Assembly: GCA_002305765.1 (NCBI GenBank)
Contig: DBQU01000062.1
Span: forward strand, 27,859-91,858
Direction of reading: 5' to 3'
Source: Deltaproteobacteria bacterium UBA1386
GTDB taxonomy: Bacteria; Desulfobacterota; Syntrophorhabdia; Syntrophorhabdales; Syntrophorhabdaceae
DNA: 64,000 nt
Shown: positions 29,423 through 38,391 of the stretch, one piece after another
How the letters are laid out: each line of letters begins with the position of its first letter
Numbering within the stretch: the stretch's first letter is position 1
The notes under the pieces: model-generated
Seen by the model: only the letters and a program-made list of their open reading frames with translations
The model's database searches: none
What the model was told of the DNA's origin: nothing
Position numbers and translations under genes: made by a program

Positions 29423-30946
29423 ATGCGAAAATTCTTCATTATTTTCATTGCACTTTTCGTGCTCGTTTCGTGCTCCTCGAAGACCCCTAAGAAGGCCGAG
29501 AACCCCGTCGACCTCTACGTTGCCGGCGTGAACCTGATGAACACCAAGAAATATGACAAGGCCGTGGAAAAGTTCAAGGCCATCCGCGAACAGTATCCCT
29601 TCGACCCCATGGCCCTCGTCGCCGCCGTCAAGCTCGGCGATACCTACTTCCTGAAGAAGGACTATGTCCTGGCCGCCGGCACCTACGAGGACTATTTCAA
29701 GGCCCACCCGGATGAAGAGAACATCCCCTACGTCCTCTTCCGTCTCGGCGAATGCTACGAGAAGCTTTCGCCCAGCATCGACCGCGATCAGGCGAACACG
29801 GTGAAAGGCATCGAAAGGATAACCTACCTGAGGAACCGGTACCCCACGAGCTCCTACGCAAAGGAGTCGGAATCGAGATTGAAAAGGTTCATACAGAAGC
29901 TGGCTGACCGGGAGCTCTACGTGGGCGAATTCTATGTCAGGACCGCCCAGTACAACGCATGCGTGATCAGGCTCGAGGACATGCTGAAAAGATATCCGGA
30001 GTCAAAGAACATGGACAAGGCCCTTTTCTACCTTGTGACCGCCCATCGGGAACTGGGAAACCAGGGCAAGAGCGACGAGTACCTCGAACGGCTGCGCAGA
30101 GAATACCCGAAAAGCATCTATTCGCGCTCCACCGTAAGGCAGCGTAAGACCCTCAAGATGGTGCGCGAGGAGGAGAAGAACGCGACGTCACCCGGTACCG
30201 CCGCAGCGGCGCCCCGGGCGGCCGCCTCCGATCCTGCCAGGGCCTCCATGCAGGCAACGGGCATACCCATGGCCAGCGCCACGACCTCCACTGTCCCTGC
30301 TGCTGAAGCAACAACAGCAACACCGCAGTACAGGGAAGGAAAGAGGAAAGAGATAGATCTCAGGCCCCCCGAGGCTGAGCCCGCCGCACAGCTATCCTCC
30401 GAGCCGCCGAAGGTGGACGCTGTGCAGACGGCGAAACACGCCGAAACCCCCGGCGCCACACGTCCCGAAACCAAAGAAGAGGGCAAGACGGCCCCGGAGG
30501 ACAAGCCAAAGGCAAGGGGCGTGGACAAGGCGCTCGGCTTTCTTGACCAGAAGAAACCCATAGATATCGTCTCCGATACAATGGAAGGCTTCGACAAGGA
30601 AAAATATGTCTTCTTCAAGGGCAGCGTCGTGGCCAAACAGGATGACCTCTACATCTATTCCGATACGATGGAGGCCTTCATGAGCGCCGACACCAACGAG
30701 ATAGAGAAGGCGAACGCGAAGGGCAACGTGAGGATCATCAAGCAGAACAGGACGGCAACCTGCAAAGAGGCCTTCTTCGACAACATCAAGGGCGAGATCG
30801 TCCTCAAGGGAAACGCCGTCGTGACGTCGGACAAGGACAAGGTCGAAGGCGATATCGTCACATACTACGTAAACGAAGACCGCGCCGTGGTCACCGCGGA
30901 AAAAAGCAAGAAAGCAAAGGTGACCATATACCCCCAACAGAAATAA
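29423..30946 (+). CDS. Lipoprotein fusing a BamD/YfiO-like TPR domain, a low-complexity linker and an LptA/OstA-N-like domain
   Basis: Lipobox-like LVSCSS. The N-terminal ~240 aa are BamD-like (KYDKAVEKFKAIREQYPFDP...ADRELYVGEFYVRTAQYNACVIRLEDMLKRYPES). An Ala/Thr/Pro/Glu-rich linker follows. The C-terminal ~130 aa are LptA-like (IDIVSDTMEGF...FKGSVVAKQDDLYIYSDTMEAF...KGNVRI...LKGNAVVTSDKDKVEGDIVTYYVNED). Confidence 0.75.
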   Translation: MRKFFIIFIALFVLVSCSSKTPKKAENPVDLYVAGVNLMNTKKYDKAVEKFKAIREQYPFDPMALVAAVKLGDTYFLKKDYVLAAGTYEDYFKAHPDEENIPYVLFRLGECYEKLSPSIDRDQANTVKGIERITYLRNRYPTSSYAKESESRLKRFIQKLADRELYVGEFYVRTAQYNACVIRLEDMLKRYPESKNMDKALFYLVTAHRELGNQGKSDEYLERLRREYPKSIYSRSTVRQRKTLKMVREEEKNATSPGTAAAAPRAAASDPARASMQATGIPMASATTSTVPAAEATTATPQYREGKRKEIDLRPPEAEPAAQLSSEPPKVDAVQTAKHAETPGATRPETKEEGKTAPEDKPKARGVDKALGFLDQKKPIDIVSDTMEGFDKEKYVFFKGSVVAKQDDLYIYSDTMEAFMSADTNEIEKANAKGNVRIIKQNRTATCKEAFFDNIKGEIVLKGNAVVTSDKDKVEGDIVTYYVNEDRAVVTAEKSKKAKVTIYPQQK

Positions 30947-30947
30947 A

Positions 30948-31234
30948 GACGGCTTAAATAGCTTGAGCCGCTTGAATGGCTTGAAAGTGAAAGGCAAGAA
31001 CCTTTGTTCGCCGACAACGGTTCTTGCCTTTTGTTCTAACGCTCAACAGGCTGTTGACAAAGTGATTTCTGAAGACGATTCGTGTTCTTTCGTCATTCCG
31101 GCGAAGGCCGGAATCCAGGAAAAACGAGGGGTTAGAGAAACCTCTGGATTCCGGCCTTCGCCGGAATGACGTAGAAAATGGGTTTATCAACAGCCTGTCA
31201 AACGACTCAAGCCATTCAAGCGGCTCAAGCCGTC
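30948..31234. repeat. Family A element with three nested inverted-repeat layers
   Basis: Outer arms of 9-nt units lie at 30948..30989 and 31199..31234. Middle arms are AACAGGCTGTTGAYAAA-type. The inner layer is a perfect 28-bp inverted repeat, CGTCATTCCGGCGAAGGCCGGAATCCAG (31091..31118) paired with 31144..31171. Confidence 0.9.
30991..31037 (+). terminator. Intrinsic terminator after the BamD::LptA gene
   Basis: 12-bp stem AAGGCAAGAACC / GGTTCTTGCCTT (30991..31002 and 31019..31030) followed by TTGTTCT. Confidence 0.6.
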
Positions 31235-31656
31235 CCTTCCGGCAGGAAGGGTATGGGGTCGGACTTGCGGTAGACGAGGGCCTGGCACACGGCTATGGTG
31301 TCGTCGCGGTCCTTTACCGTTATATAGTAGGAAGCCGTCCTGTTCGTCTTGTGTGTTTCCTTCGATTCAGCAACAAGGAGGGCACCCTTTTCGGGTGGTT
31401 TCATATAGGTTATGTTCATGTTCAGGGCAACGGCCACCCTGTCATGACTGTTCGACGAGATCTCGAAGGCCTCGTCGATGAGCCCGAAGATCGCTCCGCC
31501 ATGGGCGTTGCCGTAGATGTTGTCCATGTCCCCCGTGTAGCACATCTCGCACAGGGCATATCCTTCGCTGACATCCCTGAGCCGTATGTCGAGAAGACGC
31601 GCGAAGGGCTCTTTTTCAACCCGATCGAAATAGGCGTTCCTTTTTCCGTCCTCCAT
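31225..31656 (-). CDS. PaaI-type hotdog-fold thioesterase
   Basis: 143 aa; motif GNAHGGAIFGLIDEAFEISSNS. Confidence 0.8.
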   Translation of the reverse strand: MEDGKRNAYFDRVEKEPFARLLDIRLRDVSEGYALCEMCYTGDMDNIYGNAHGGAIFGLIDEAFEISSNSHDRVAVALNMNITYMKPPEKGALLVAESKETHKTNRTASYYITVKDRDDTIAVCQALVYRKSDPIPFLPEGTA

Positions 31657-31659
31657 CCC

Positions 31660-31983
31660 TCACAGCACCTTCTTCAAGGCATCATCGACGTTGCCCTTGG
31701 GCTGCGCCCCGACGATGCGTCCCGATTCGGCGCCATTCTTAAAGATGATCAACGTGGGGATGCCCCGGACCCCGTATTGCGCCGGCGTCTGGGGGTTCTC
31801 GTCGACATTGAGCTTGAGGATCTTCACCTTGCCCTCATATTCACCGGCAAGGGCATCGATCACGGGACCCATCACCTGGCATGGCCCGCACCAGGTCGCC
31901 CAGAAATCCACGAGAACAGGGATGCTCGATTCGAGAACCTCGGTTCTGAACTCTCCGTCCGTTACCGCTCTTGCGTTGCTCAT
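31660..31983 (-). CDS. trxA: Thioredoxin
   Basis: ORF to 32070; preferred start ATG 31983 after AAGGAGGAA. Active site WCGPC in [14 protein letters not shown]; 107 aa. Confidence 0.95.
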   Translation of the reverse strand: MSNARAVTDGEFRTEVLESSIPVLVDFWATWCGPCQVMGPVIDALAGEYEGKVKILKLNVDENPQTPAQYGVRGIPTLIIFKNGAESGRIVGAQPKGNVDDALKKVL

Positions 31984-32076
31984 GCCTTCCTCCTTGTTCG
32001 TTGTCCGCCACAGGACCCCCGGGCAGGCAATGTTTTTATAATAGTTAAGCCCTTCGCCGGTCGTTGTCAACCATGT

Positions 32077-32682
32077 TCAGTCATCGAGGCATTCCTTCCA
32101 TTCCTCCTCGGAGATGCGCCGTATCCTTCCGCCATCGTTCATGTCGCGCACAAGCCCCGCTTCTAGGTATGCCTCATCGGTGTACCCCCTTTCCTCCCAG
32201 TAGCCTGACACGTAGCGGTCCATAAGGGTGACGCGAATGACGCTCTTCGCCGACTTGTAGCCCCAGAGGTAGGGCACGAAGGCCCTCACGGGCCCCCCGT
32301 AATCCTCCTCGAGGTATTCCCCGTCGAATTCGTAGGCCAGGAGGGTCTTGCTCCTTACGGCCGTTTCCACCGGTATGGACGTGTCGTAGATCCTCTTTAT
32401 CGACCAGAACCTCACAAAAGCAACGGAAGGATGCGCCTTCACGGCGTTCATGATGTCGAGGACCCTGACCCCGCCCCAGTTGCCCCGCACGGTGAAGCGC
32501 GTCACGCTCGTCAGGCGGGCGTCGACGACCGTTTTCGGCATCGCCCTGAGATCGGCCCACGTGAATGTCCGCGGCGCGTCACAGAGTCCTGTCACCTCTA
32601 TCTCCCATCCTTCCCTGTCAAGGACCCCGGGGTGCCCCTCGGCCCAAAAAACGGGTGTTCTCAACTCCTTCAACCGGCTCAT
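32077..32682 (-). CDS. Small molybdopterin-binding oxidoreductase domain protein (sulfite-oxidase/YedY fold)
   Basis: ORF to 32748; preferred start ATG 32682 (MSRLKEL). Blocks EVTGLCDAPRTFTWADLRAMP and EDYGGPVRAFVPYLWGYKSAKSV resemble Oxidored_molyb domains. Confidence 0.6.
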   Translation of the reverse strand: MSRLKELRTPVFWAEGHPGVLDREGWEIEVTGLCDAPRTFTWADLRAMPKTVVDARLTSVTRFTVRGNWGGVRVLDIMNAVKAHPSVAFVRFWSIKRIYDTSIPVETAVRSKTLLAYEFDGEYLEEDYGGPVRAFVPYLWGYKSAKSVIRVTLMDRYVSGYWEERGYTDEAYLEAGLVRDMNDGGRIRRISEEEWKECLDD

Positions 32683-32832
32683 CGCGACCTCCCGCCCTAA
32701 ACAATAATCATAGCCGAATTTCAGGGGTCCGCAAATAAAAAAGACCACCCGGGAGCAAAGCCCTCATATGCCCTATGGCTCCTGGGCCTCTTCCTGTTCC
32801 ATTTTTCCCGCGATTGTTCTATACTTGCGACC

Positions 32833-34005
32833 ATGGTCAAGCTCACGGTAAGAAAGGAGCGCAGCGGACCCGTCAGAGGGTTCCATCCCTGGGTGTTTTC
32901 GAAAGCGCTCAGGTCCATACCGGAGGGTCTCGTGCCGGGTGAACCCGTCGAGCTTTGTGATGAGTCCGGTTCCTTCCTGGCATCGGGCTACTTCAACTCC
33001 TACGGACAGATATCGGTGAGGCTCTGGGGACATGAGAAGGACGAGCCCGTCGGAACGGATTTCTTCGTCCGGAGGTTGGAGAGGGCGGCTGATATCCGCC
33101 GCCGCTACGTGGAACGCCCGGGCACGAACGCCTATCGCCTGATCAACGGTGAAAGCGATCTCATTCCGGGACTTATCGTGGACAGGTACGGTGATCACCT
33201 CGTGGTCCAGTTCCACACCCGGGGTATGGAACGGTGGAAGACCGAGGTCGTGGAGTCCCTCGTAGCGGTATTCGGGCCTCGGGGTATCTGGGAACGCTCC
33301 GATGTGTCCGTGAGGAACATCGAGAACCTCGGCGCCGTTCGGGGGCTTCTCCACGGCAGCGTCCCCGACGCGATAGAGATCGCAGAGAACGGGCTCAGGT
33401 TTCTCGTCGATGTCAAGGAAGGACAGAAGACGGGGTTCTTTCTCGACCAGCGAGACAAACGCAGCGCCTTCACCAAATACGCGAAGGACAGGGAGGTCCT
33501 CAATTGCTTCTCCTATACGGGAGGGTTCACGGTCTACGCCGTGGCCGGGGGCGCCCGCCGCGTCGTCAGCGTCGACTCTTCCCGGCGCGCCCTCGACATC
33601 GCGAAGGAGAACATCATCCTCAATGGATTCGACACGTCACGGTGCGAATTCGTCTGTGACGACGCGAAGAGGTATCTCAGGGAGCCGGGCCGGCACTTCG
33701 AGGCGACCGTGCTGGACCCTCCCGCGTTCATAAAGGACCGCAGGAAGAAACAGGAAGGCCTTGCCGGCTACCGGGCGATCAACGAAATGGCCTTGAGAAA
33801 CCTCTCGCCCGGGGGCGTCCTCGTGACATGCTCCTGTTCCGCCCATCTGTCCCTGAGCGATTTCCGCTTCCTCCTGTCGGAGGCGGGGGCAAAGACGGGA
33901 AGACCGCTCACCTTACTCGAAACCCACACCCACGGCATAGACCATCCCCAGCTCGTACCGTTCACGGAGGGGGAATACCTGAAATGTTTCATCCTGAGGG
34001 GATGA
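32833..34005 (+). CDS. rlmI: 23S rRNA m5C methyltransferase RlmI-like (PUA + class I SAM-MTase)
   Basis: 390 aa; HPWVFSKAL N-terminal block, DRYGDHLVVQ, QKTGFFLDQR, VLDPPAF. Confidence 0.85.
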   Translation: MVKLTVRKERSGPVRGFHPWVFSKALRSIPEGLVPGEPVELCDESGSFLASGYFNSYGQISVRLWGHEKDEPVGTDFFVRRLERAADIRRRYVERPGTNAYRLINGESDLIPGLIVDRYGDHLVVQFHTRGMERWKTEVVESLVAVFGPRGIWERSDVSVRNIENLGAVRGLLHGSVPDAIEIAENGLRFLVDVKEGQKTGFFLDQRDKRSAFTKYAKDREVLNCFSYTGGFTVYAVAGGARRVVSVDSSRRALDIAKENIILNGFDTSRCEFVCDDAKRYLREPGRHFEATVLDPPAFIKDRRKKQEGLAGYRAINEMALRNLSPGGVLVTCSCSAHLSLSDFRFLLSEAGAKTGRPLTLLETHTHGIDHPQLVPFTEGEYLKCFILRG

Positions 34006-34020
34006 AACATTTCCCGTTTT
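33981..34020 (+). terminator. Perfect 14-bp hairpin spanning the last rlmI codons and stop, followed by CCGTTTT
   Basis: GAAATGTTTCATCC (33981..33994) is the exact reverse complement of GGATGAAACATTTC (34000..34013). Confidence 0.55.
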
Positions 34021-34110
34021 AAGTGATTGAGTTTTAAGTGTTAAGTCAAAGGCAGGAGCAGAAAGGATTTCATCTTTTACTTAAAACTTAAAACCTAAAA
34101 CTTAAAACCG
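34015..34110. repeat. Family B hairpin element (arms of TTTTAAGT-type 8-nt units) at a convergent junction
   Basis: 34015..34046 and 34079..34110 are imperfect reverse complements (GTTTTAAGT repeats versus ACTTAAAAC repeats) around a ~32-nt core. Confidence 0.85.
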
Positions 34111-34114
34111 TCTT

Positions 34115-34879
34115 TTACAGGTTTACCGCCACTCCCTTCCCCTTCAAATACTCCTTCACCTGGCGGACCGTGAAGGTGCGGAAGTGGAAGACCGATGCGG
34201 CCAGCAGAATGTCCGCGCCACCACGCACGACACCTTCGTAGAAGTGCTCCAGGGTTCCCGCTCCGCCCGAGGCGATCACGGGCAGGGTCACCGCGTCGGA
34301 TATGGCCTTCGTGAACTCGAGGTCGTATCCTTTCAGGGTCCCGTCGCCGTCCATGCTCGTCGGCAGGATGGTACCGGCACCGAGTTCCTGGCAGCGCTTC
34401 GCCCATTCCACGGCGTCCTTGCCGACGGGGGTCGTACCGCCCGCCACGACAAGCTCGAAACCCGAGGGCATTGCCCCGTTACGCCTCGCATCGACGGCGA
34501 TGACGATCCTCCCGCCTCCGAACCTGTCGGCGGCTTCCTTCACCAAGGTCGGGTCCTTCACGGCGGCGCTGTTCATGGACACCTTGTCGGCCCCGGCCTT
34601 GAGGACGAGCTCGATGTCATCCGTCGTGTTGATGCCGCCTCCCACAGTGAGGGGAATGGTGATCACCGAGGAGACCTCCTTGACCCATTCCAGCCGGGTC
34701 TTGCGGTTTTCGACGGTGGCCGCAATGTCGAGCATCGCGAGTTCATCCGCCCCTTCCTTCTGGTAATAAGCCGCATTCTCGACGGGATCTCCGGCATCCT
34801 TGAGGTCAACAAAATGGACACCTTTCACAACGCGTCCATTTTTCATATCGAGACATGGCATGATCTTCACGGTCTTCAT
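34115..34879 (-). CDS. hisF: Imidazole glycerol phosphate synthase cyclase subunit HisF (no other his genes adjacent)
   Basis: ORF to 34894; preferred start ATG 34879 with AGGAG 7 nt upstream. Blocks IMPCLDMKNGRVVKG, TVGGGI, SGGAG. Confidence 0.9.
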   Translation of the reverse strand: MKTVKIMPCLDMKNGRVVKGVHFVDLKDAGDPVENAAYYQKEGADELAMLDIAATVENRKTRLEWVKEVSSVITIPLTVGGGINTTDDIELVLKAGADKVSMNSAAVKDPTLVKEAADRFGGGRIVIAVDARRNGAMPSGFELVVAGGTTPVGKDAVEWAKRCQELGAGTILPTSMDGDGTLKGYDLEFTKAISDAVTLPVIASGGAGTLEHFYEGVVRGGADILLAASVFHFRTFTVRQVKEYLKGKGVAVNL

Positions 34880-35138
34880 TGTCAGGCTCCTCATCTTTTG
34901 GATTTCCGTCCGGCCTCCCCGGCCGGCGGCGGTTCATAAATACATATTCGCTTTCTTCATCCCCTGTCAAGGAGCCTTCTTCCGCATCTCCGGGAAATGC
35001 CTTGCGAGCCCCTGTAAATTCTTGTAAAGTTATCTGACGGGCACCCGATAATATCGTTAAAGGCATATTTCACCACCTTGCGTCGATCAGAAGGCCTCTG
35101 CCATACGCATTGAAAAATGAACCGGGAGGTGTGTTCAC

Positions 35139-36785
35139 GTGAAGATCGAAAAGCTCAGGAACCTCGGCATTTTCTACAAGATCATGGGGATCTCGGCCGT
35201 TGCCATCGTCGTCATCATCCTCTGGAACATCCTGTATCTTCTCCCTCAAATGGAGCGGATCATGCTGAAGGAGAAACAGAACGCCGTCAAGGACGTCGTC
35301 GATGTCGCGTTCAGCATGCTCAACGATTATGACAAGAGGGTGAAGGCTCACGAGATCGAGATGGGCATGGCCCAGATGGCGGCGATAAAGTCGATCCAGC
35401 AGCTTCGTTATCGCGGCGAGAATTATTTCTGGATAAACGACACGCAGCCCAAGATGATCGTGAACCCCGTCATGATAGACCTGGAAGGACAGGACGTGTC
35501 GGGTTTTGAGGACCCCAAAACGAAAAAGAAGATCTTCGTCGAGATGACCGCCATAGCGAAGGATAGAAAGGCGGGCTTCTATGAATACAACTGGAAGAGG
35601 TCGGGGGCGACGTCCTTCTCCACGAAGCAATCCTACATAAAATACTTCGAACCCTGGGGGTGGGTGATAGGTTCGGGCATGTATCTCGACGACGTGAACA
35701 GGGAGATCGCGAAATTTCGCTGGATCATCATCGGCACCACTCTCGTTCTAGCCCTTCTCGTGCTCGCGTTGAGCTACCTCATCGCCAACAACATACGAAA
35801 GAACCTCAGCAAGGCCGTCGATGCCAGCAGATCCCTGTCGGAAGGCGATCTCAGCATCGACATCAGCGCCAACGGTTCGGACGAAACGGGACAGCTTCTG
35901 CAGTCGATGAAGAACATGATAGGCTCCTTCAACACGATGATCGGCAGCATCAAATCATCCGTCGACAGCCTCGATACGTCGGTCGAGACCATCAAGACAC
36001 TCGCCGACAGGACGTCGGAGGGAACACGAACACAGGCCGATCAGGCCAACCAGATATCGGTCTCGGCCGAAGAGATGAGCCAGACCATCGTTGATGTCGC
36101 AAACAACGCCAGCGGCGTCAAAGACGCCTCGACGAACGCGATGGAGGCCGCGATAACGGGGAAGAAGGTCACTCAGGAGGCCGTCGCCGAGGTCAACAAG
36201 GTCCAGCATTCCTCCACCGAACTGGCAAACACGATCCAGAAACTCAACCAGCGCGTCAGCGAGGTTGCCAAGATCATAACCATAATAGACGACATAGCCG
36301 ACCAGACGAACCTACTGGCGCTCAACGCAGCCATAGAGGCTGCGCGCGCAGGAGAGCACGGACGGGGCTTTGCCGTCGTCGCCGACGAGGTGAAGAAGCT
36401 TGCCGAAAAGACGATGAACGCGACAAAGGAGATCACGAACCATCTGACCACGGTTCAAAGGGAATCGGAGGAAACCACGAGGTCCATGGAGATCACCTCA
36501 GCCGAGGTTGAAAGGGTGACGGAGTACATGCAGGAGGTCGAGCAGTCGCTGGGGAATATCGTCTCGTCCTCCGAACAGGTTCGCGACCAGATCATGCAGA
36601 TCGCCACCGCCGTCGAGCAGCAGTCGGCGAGTTCCGAAGAGATAGCGAGGAACATCACCTCCACCTCCGGCATCGCCAAGGAGATCGAGGCGGTGTCCAG
36701 TCAGGTGATGTCCGAGGTCAACAAACTCGTCGAGATAACGCAGGTACTGGGAAGCTCCGCGGCCCAGTTCAAGACAAAAGCCTGA
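35139..36785 (+). CDS. Methyl-accepting chemotaxis protein with periplasmic Cache-type sensor and HAMP
   Basis: GTG start after GGGAGG. Cache-like block [16 protein letters not shown]...[17 protein letters not shown], a second TM helix, and the MCP signalling hairpin ([40 protein letters not shown]). Confidence 0.9.
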   Translation: MKIEKLRNLGIFYKIMGISAVAIVVIILWNILYLLPQMERIMLKEKQNAVKDVVDVAFSMLNDYDKRVKAHEIEMGMAQMAAIKSIQQLRYRGENYFWINDTQPKMIVNPVMIDLEGQDVSGFEDPKTKKKIFVEMTAIAKDRKAGFYEYNWKRSGATSFSTKQSYIKYFEPWGWVIGSGMYLDDVNREIAKFRWIIIGTTLVLALLVLALSYLIANNIRKNLSKAVDASRSLSEGDLSIDISANGSDETGQLLQSMKNMIGSFNTMIGSIKSSVDSLDTSVETIKTLADRTSEGTRTQADQANQISVSAEEMSQTIVDVANNASGVKDASTNAMEAAITGKKVTQEAVAEVNKVQHSSTELANTIQKLNQRVSEVAKIITIIDDIADQTNLLALNAAIEAARAGEHGRGFAVVADEVKKLAEKTMNATKEITNHLTTVQRESEETTRSMEITSAEVERVTEYMQEVEQSLGNIVSSSEQVRDQIMQIATAVEQQSASSEEIARNITSTSGIAKEIEAVSSQVMSEVNKLVEITQVLGSSAAQFKTKA

Positions 36786-36877
36786 AGGCGGCTTTAAGGG
36801 GGTTACAGGGTAACGGGGTGAGCCGCTGGAAGGGATGCGGGCATACGGGCTTTCTTCCGTGTGCCCCTTCTTTTGGC

Positions 36878-37417
36878 TTACAGAAGGCCTTCCTTCCATT
36901 TGTCTATCTGCCGCCTGAAGGCGCGGCGGACATCCGAGGACGCCTTCTTCCATACCGGCCACGCCTCGATATTGGGCTCCACGCTGTCTCCCTTGATGCC
37001 CGACGCGGCAAGGTCTTGGGTTATCCGGGATGCGATCGAGCCTCGTATCTTTTCGAGTTCCCCGAGGCACTCCTTTTGAAGGGCCAGCAATTCCCTGCGG
37101 GCCTTCTCATCGACGACGAAACCGATGAACGAGAAGAGGGGGGCCATTTGGGCAACATCGTCCCCAGCCTCGAACTCGTCGCCAAGGATGTCAAGGGCGA
37201 TCTTTCTCTTCCCGGCACTGTCGCATTCAAGCGCGTCGAGTTGGGCTTTTGTCTCGTCATCGCCGGAGAGACCCTCACGATAACGCCGGTAGATCGTCAT
37301 CATCCCGGCCGCAAGCTCCTTGAGGGCAAGGGACCTTTTTTCCCTGTCGTCCATGACGAGACCCTTCGTCTTCTCCATGGCCAATTCGATGGCACTCTTT
37401 ATCTCCGCCATGATCAC
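36878..37417 (-). CDS. Hypothetical protein (helical, acidic), no family recognised
   Basis: 179-aa ORF with an ATGA overlap to the upstream cupin gene. Codon usage is consistent with its neighbours. Confidence 0.55.
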   Translation of the reverse strand: MIMAEIKSAIELAMEKTKGLVMDDREKRSLALKELAAGMMTIYRRYREGLSGDDETKAQLDALECDSAGKRKIALDILGDEFEAGDDVAQMAPLFSFIGFVVDEKARRELLALQKECLGELEKIRGSIASRITQDLAASGIKGDSVEPNIEAWPVWKKASSDVRRAFRRQIDKWKEGLL

Positions 37418-37815
37418 TCTCCCAGGTCTGCCCTCAGGGCGTCGGTCTTGTCGTAGTACTGAGGGCTGTACTCGATCACGAGGGAATCCTCGATGCCTTC
37501 GAAGCGATGGCCTACACGGGTCCCGACACGGACCTTCATCCCCTTTTCAAGGATGCGGGTCTCTCTCCCGCCGCTCCCGAGATCGGCGAAGACGGCCCTG
37601 ATCGTGCCGCTGACGACATAGAAGACCTCCTCTTTGCGCTCGTGGTAATGACCGCCGCGAAACTGTCCCTTGCGGAGTTCGAAAAAGGCCAGGTGGCCTA
37701 TGTCCTCCCTCCAGGATATCTGTACGAACTCGCCTTTCTCATCAACCCAGCGCTTGGCGCCGGCGAGGTCCTTGTTCTCGGGGAGGTGTTCGATGATCAC
37801 CCTGTCCATTGTCAT
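37414..37815 (-). CDS. Cupin domain protein
   Basis: 133 aa; cupin motifs GGHYHERKEEVFYVVSG and HRFEG. Confidence 0.75.
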   Translation of the reverse strand: MTMDRVIIEHLPENKDLAGAKRWVDEKGEFVQISWREDIGHLAFFELRKGQFRGGHYHERKEEVFYVVSGTIRAVFADLGSGGRETRILEKGMKVRVGTRVGHRFEGIEDSLVIEYSPQYYDKTDALRADLGE

Positions 37816-38354
37816 GCCCCGCCCGGCGGTCCCTGCAGCGGTCTCATCCCTTTTTCCAGGTACTTCTTCGCCAGGTCGATGTAGAGCTGTTTGCCCTTAT
37901 CCCAGAACTCCATGTCCTTCGGGGCGATCTGTCTGATCACGCGCATGGGATTCCCGCCTACGACGACGCGCGCCGTCACCTTCTGCCGCATCCTGACAAC
38001 GGTCCCCTCGGCAACGATGGTGCCCTCACCGATCTCGCTCTCTATACTGAGGACCGCTCCCATGCCGATAACGGCCGAATCACCGATGCTCGCGGCGTGG
38101 ATGACGGCTCCGTGGCCGATGGTGACCCTCTTTCCGATACGGCAGTACCTGTCGGGGGGCGCGTGGACGACGACCCCCTCTTCCACCGCCGTGCCGCTTC
38201 CCACGACGATGGCGCCATAGTCTCCCCTGAGAATGGCTCCGTGGCCTATGTAACAGTTGTCACCTATCACGACATCGCCGATCACATGGGCGATGTCGCT
38301 TACATAACTGTCCTTGCCGACCGTCGGCCTTCGTCCGTCGTATTCGTAAAGCAT
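37812..38354 (-). CDS. Left-handed beta-helix (hexapeptide) protein, gamma-carbonic-anhydrase/PaaY-like
   Basis: 180 aa; repeated hexapeptide pattern (VIGDVVIGDNCYIGHGAILRGD...) with a typical gamma-CA-like N-terminus (YEYDGRRPTVGKDSYV). Confidence 0.8.
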   Translation of the reverse strand: MLYEYDGRRPTVGKDSYVSDIAHVIGDVVIGDNCYIGHGAILRGDYGAIVVGSGTAVEEGVVVHAPPDRYCRIGKRVTIGHGAVIHAASIGDSAVIGMGAVLSIESEIGEGTIVAEGTVVRMRQKVTARVVVGGNPMRVIRQIAPKDMEFWDKGKQLYIDLAKKYLEKGMRPLQGPPGGA

Positions 38355-38391
38355 GCGTCGTTCCGCCTTCCGTTCACCCCGGGGAAGAGGC

